A DNA stretch of 64,000 nucleotides. Source: Bugula neritina. Its lineage: Eukaryota; Animalia; Bryozoa. Below, piece by piece: positions 60,201-64,000 of this stretch (position 1 is its first letter; each line of letters opens with the position of its first letter). The notes below the pieces were generated by a model. The model was not told the DNA's origin. It searched no databases and saw only the letters and a list, made by a program, of their open reading frames with translations. The position numbers were made by a program, and so were the translations under genes. The DNA lies in NCBI GenBank assembly GCA_964035545.1, contig OZ037765.1:7822698-7886697 (forward strand), given 5' to 3'.

Positions 60201-63200
60201 TTCCTGCATAGCAGACTCTGAAAATATAAAACACAGGGTAAGCAAAACTTGTATACTAATATTTTTTAAAAAAAGTATATAAAATATCAACTGGAATAAC
60301 CATATAGATAGCCAAGGCTTTGATCAGCTGTCAGCTTGTAGCCTGATATAAGCATATAAAAGGCTAACAAGCTGTAAATACATGAACTAGATTGCAACAG
60401 GAGATGGGAGCTAGTGGTCTAACTTGAACACAGCTAGTGTAGCAGTACTCGCATCTATGCATATACCCATTGAAAATAACTTGTGCAAAAGACTAGCAAA
60501 ATCGACGATCTGAACCCAGTCGAAAAAAAGAGATTTTGAAAGTAACATGTGAAAAAAACACAAAAAGTTTACTTATTAGCTTTTTTGAATGTTGAAAGTT
60601 GTGAATGCTTTCAAATTTTAACACTTCCAACAACTCAAAATTGAAAAGCTTTTAATGAGAAATTTTTTACATTTCAACAATTAAAATGATTAGCTACTAA
60701 GTGCCATGACTTTGTTGAGTACAACCCCAAACTTCAACCTTGACAGGCAATAAATGAAAAAGTGCCAGAATATGTGTCTTTAGTATCATTTGAGCAACTT
60801 AAACACACTGAAAACAGGATTCTACCAATGAGCCTTTATATGTTATAATTGATGATATAATTAACAGTCAAAGCAGTGCTCCATCAAGTATCATGGCACC
60901 CTCAACAGACTTGCTATCTTCCCCCCATCATAAAACCATGTGTGCAAAACCATTTAATTTCTTGCAATTACACAAAGCATTTATTGGTAAGTCCTTCACC
61001 ATATATTTAATTACTTAGACGTGAAAAAAATGAAATTTTGGACAACTAGAAATTAATTACACTGCTGAGAAAGCATACAATGTAAGATTGATAATAATTG
61101 CATTGAAACTTTTCTATTTTTAATATAAATAGAATTGAAAATTTTATAGCTCCATCCGATATTAACCCAGCAGTAAAAACAAGGAACATTCAAATTTCTA
61201 TGAACACCTACCAGCCCAAAGGGATACATTTTTCAAAGTTGATTCTTCTTGAGACCTTCCCTCCACACCAGAACCTGAAGCAATCCGATCACTAGATTGT
61301 ATTTTGCTTTGTGAACACATTGACTCCTCTGAGCTGTGAGCTTCAGAATTAGATGAAATTATCCCACGAGGTGATAAATCCAAAGCTTTGTTTGAATGGG
61401 GTAGATTTGTGGTATCAACATTATCTAGTAGTTTCACAGTCTTTACAGAAGTGAGAGTGGCAAAGGGTGTAGCCGTAGTCACTAAGCTGCTTTGTTCAGA
61501 TTTCACATGTTTTTGGGTGTCTGGTAGCTTTACGATAGAACTTGCGTCATTCAAGCTAACACCAGGGCCTACAACATGTTGCAAATTTTAAGTTGTAAGA
61601 AAATCTTGCTAGCATTAGTCAACAAATTTTGAATAGATTAAAACAGTTTAAAATAATGAATATTCACTTGAATTATTTTTGGGTAATAGCCCATCAAGGC
61701 GAGAAAGGCCTTCTTTAACATGCCATAATTATCAATGAATTGTAAAAATCTTGAAGCATCATATTTTTCAACAGCAACTACTTCAGGCAATGCAGTAAAT
61801 TGGTAGCTTGATAGTGCTATAACTTCACACATACCGCACTACAGTATGTGTGAAAAATAAAAAGAATGGGGGCTAGTAAAAAGTGTTTGTTAACTTTCTG
61901 TATGTCTCATATATCATTATACAAGTTGCACCTTCACAAAGGAGCATGGACAAGCATGGAAAACTTCACAAATCACGGTAAGAGTTATTACACTAAATTC
62001 AATTCACTAGGGAAATCTGATCACCCAGCCTCTTCCAAATATTAAACAAAATAATGCTGGACAAGAGTACTATCAAAGAATCAGTGATCAAAATCATCAA
62101 TAAAACTTAATAACAATAGCAGTCATTATTTGATATCTAATTGCCAATATGTCGCACCAAAACATATTTGAATAGCTTTTTATTAGGTATGCTAAATAAT
62201 ATTATCTTTTCGTATCTATCAGGTTCGAAATTCCCTTTTCACTACTGTAAATCTACCCCAGTAAAAATTAGAAATTGTTTGAGAGATATAAATAAATATA
62301 AATCCTGTAAAGTTTTACAAAGCTTTTGCCTTAAGATAATAGCCATTTCACACACCTCTGTCTTTCAAAAAATCAAACTAAAGAGTCACTGCTACAATTT
62401 AAATTTGAGTATGAAAAGAGGGTAAAAAAGCCTAGCAATGTATGTTGGCTTTGAATTTCATGACAACCAAATGACTTGAAAAATTGACCAAACTGAAGAG
62501 GTAGGTGGAGCTGGTGTATTAATGATGATAAGCTGCCTTCAATACAAGTTTTTGGAGATATATTTTTAGGAGATATATAACTGAATACATACTTTGAATA
62601 ATATTACAACTGCCAAACAATATGTTTGAATATTGAACAACAAAACTCTGTTCGGCAAGAAGAATGAATAGAATCAAAAATTACCTGAACTGCCATATAT
62701 TCCAGCTTCTGTTGCAAGTTTAAGGGATGAACTTTGAACAGTCTTAGTATTAGAGGCATTACGCGATTGTGAAGCACTCACTGAAGATTTTGAACTTCGA
62801 AGTGATGACTCGTCTATTTTGAATAAAGTAGCCAGTAAACTATGAACAGTTTCTTGATCGGATATATCTGCTATTGTCGATGATTTTGGAAGTGTGGAGT
62901 ACTTAGTGTCTTTCAGTGCAGGGTGCAGTGAGCCCAGATCATGTACAGATGCAGAAGACACTGGGACACTGATAGATGATGCACTAGTAGTAACAGTTAT
63001 TGGTATCGACAATGAGGCAGTTACTGGCACTGTACTAGAGTCCAAAATATCCGGTGATGATTTGGCTTTTGTACTGCGAGATTTACTGCCAGTTGATTTG
63101 CCAGATGGCGTATTTCGTTGACGTTTCAGAGACTTGGGTCTGGGTATTATCAAGGGTGGAACCAATTTAGGAACTGAGCCAGCAGCATCCTACAAACATA

Positions 63201-64000
63201 GGCAATGTAACTGTCTTAACTCTATGAACATTTTGTCCTTCAGTGAAACATTCTGCTTTAAGTAAGAACAGTATAATCATGCATTCCTAATCATATCTTT
63301 TCTTTGCAAAAATATTTTATCCGTTATTTCAGCCACAATAAAAAAAGGAAAAACAGCTCCTTACTTTTTCAAAATTATCTGAAGGATTATTGGAACCATT
63401 GGTAGTGGAACTATTCAAGAGATTATTGATTGTTGAAGTACTAGTAGATGGTAGGTCGGAGTGTTTACTGGGGTGTAGATGGGAAGAGCTTTGGGTACAG
63501 GTAGACTCAACCTTAGCAGACTTGCTGAATGTCAGTGAGATGACTCTATCACCTAAAATAAAAAGTAAAATCAGAGAAAAGTGGCATAACAAGTCACAAC
63601 AGATGATAGAAATGTTCATAAACATGCAGTGCAATACTATACCTTCCATCTGCAAAGATATGATGCCCAAGTTTCGTAGAGCTGCTCCGTCATTCTGATT
63701 AGCTAAAAGCTTCAGCCTTTCTGCAGCTTCTTTAGGAATGTTCACTGTAACTTTAACACTATTCCAGGGTTCTACCTTTTTTATTACTAAATTATCTTGA
63801 CCTAAAAAAACAATATATTTCAAAAAGAGCATCATAAACATCAATATTAAATGACTGCTATAAGCACACCTAATTTAAGAGGTCAACAGAAATAAGTTAG
63901 AATTCAACTTCCTAAAAACTTACCTGATTTGAGTAAAGCCTGTAGTTTTTGGTTCAGCAACTCTAATTGCTGAGGAAGATTTGGATCATCATAATCTCCT
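57286..64000 (-). CDS. NCOA6: Nuclear receptor coactivator 6-like protein; start lies beyond the right edge
   Basis: Exons >64000-63924, 63801-63643, 63552-63365, 63189-62685, 61568-61212, 60217-59501, 59292-57880, 57730-57494 and 57338-57286 are phase-consistent. KVEPWNSVKVTVNIPKEAAERLKLLA...LRNLGIISLQMEG is the NCOA6 N-terminal domain, followed by a Ser/Thr-rich disordered body and a basic tail ERKRSKR*. Confidence 0.82.

Noticed and set aside
61220-61230. GTATCCCTT on the minus strand as a U12 donor in NCOA6
   Set aside because: One mismatch to consensus and wrong phase; a GT donor at 61211 keeps the frame.

Overview
AT-rich, intron-containing animal (invertebrate) genomic DNA. The species cannot be named from the sequence alone. 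By walking splice sites by hand I reconstruct ten protein-coding genes: TPX2 (5' part, -), IRAK1BP1/SIMPL (-), two tandem MAPEG/MGST1-like paralogs (+), a C2H2 zinc-finger gene (-), MEIOC (-, 13 coding exons), SRRD/SRR1-like (-), METTL18 (+), PSMB2 (-) and an NCOA6-like gene (-, runs off the right edge). Mobile DNA includes two copies of a tRNA-derived SINE, a young 5'-truncated Rex/Babar-like LINE, a decayed CR1/L2-like LINE, palindromic MITE-like elements and a dispersed ~225-bp repeat. The most unusual signal is a family of nearly CpG-free, strand-symmetric, 3/6-bp-periodic degenerate arrays built from A(G/C)T-NNN hexamers and ANT triplets. They sit just downstream of nearly every inferred promoter in the window and flank both sides of the two bidirectional promoters. 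Other points of note are a U12-type intron in METTL18, a GC-AG intron in TPX2, a His-to-Gln change in the conserved motif of both MAPEG paralogs and a consensus ARE upstream of PSMB2. Gene names rest on motifs I recognise and exon boundaries are manual; no database search was run.
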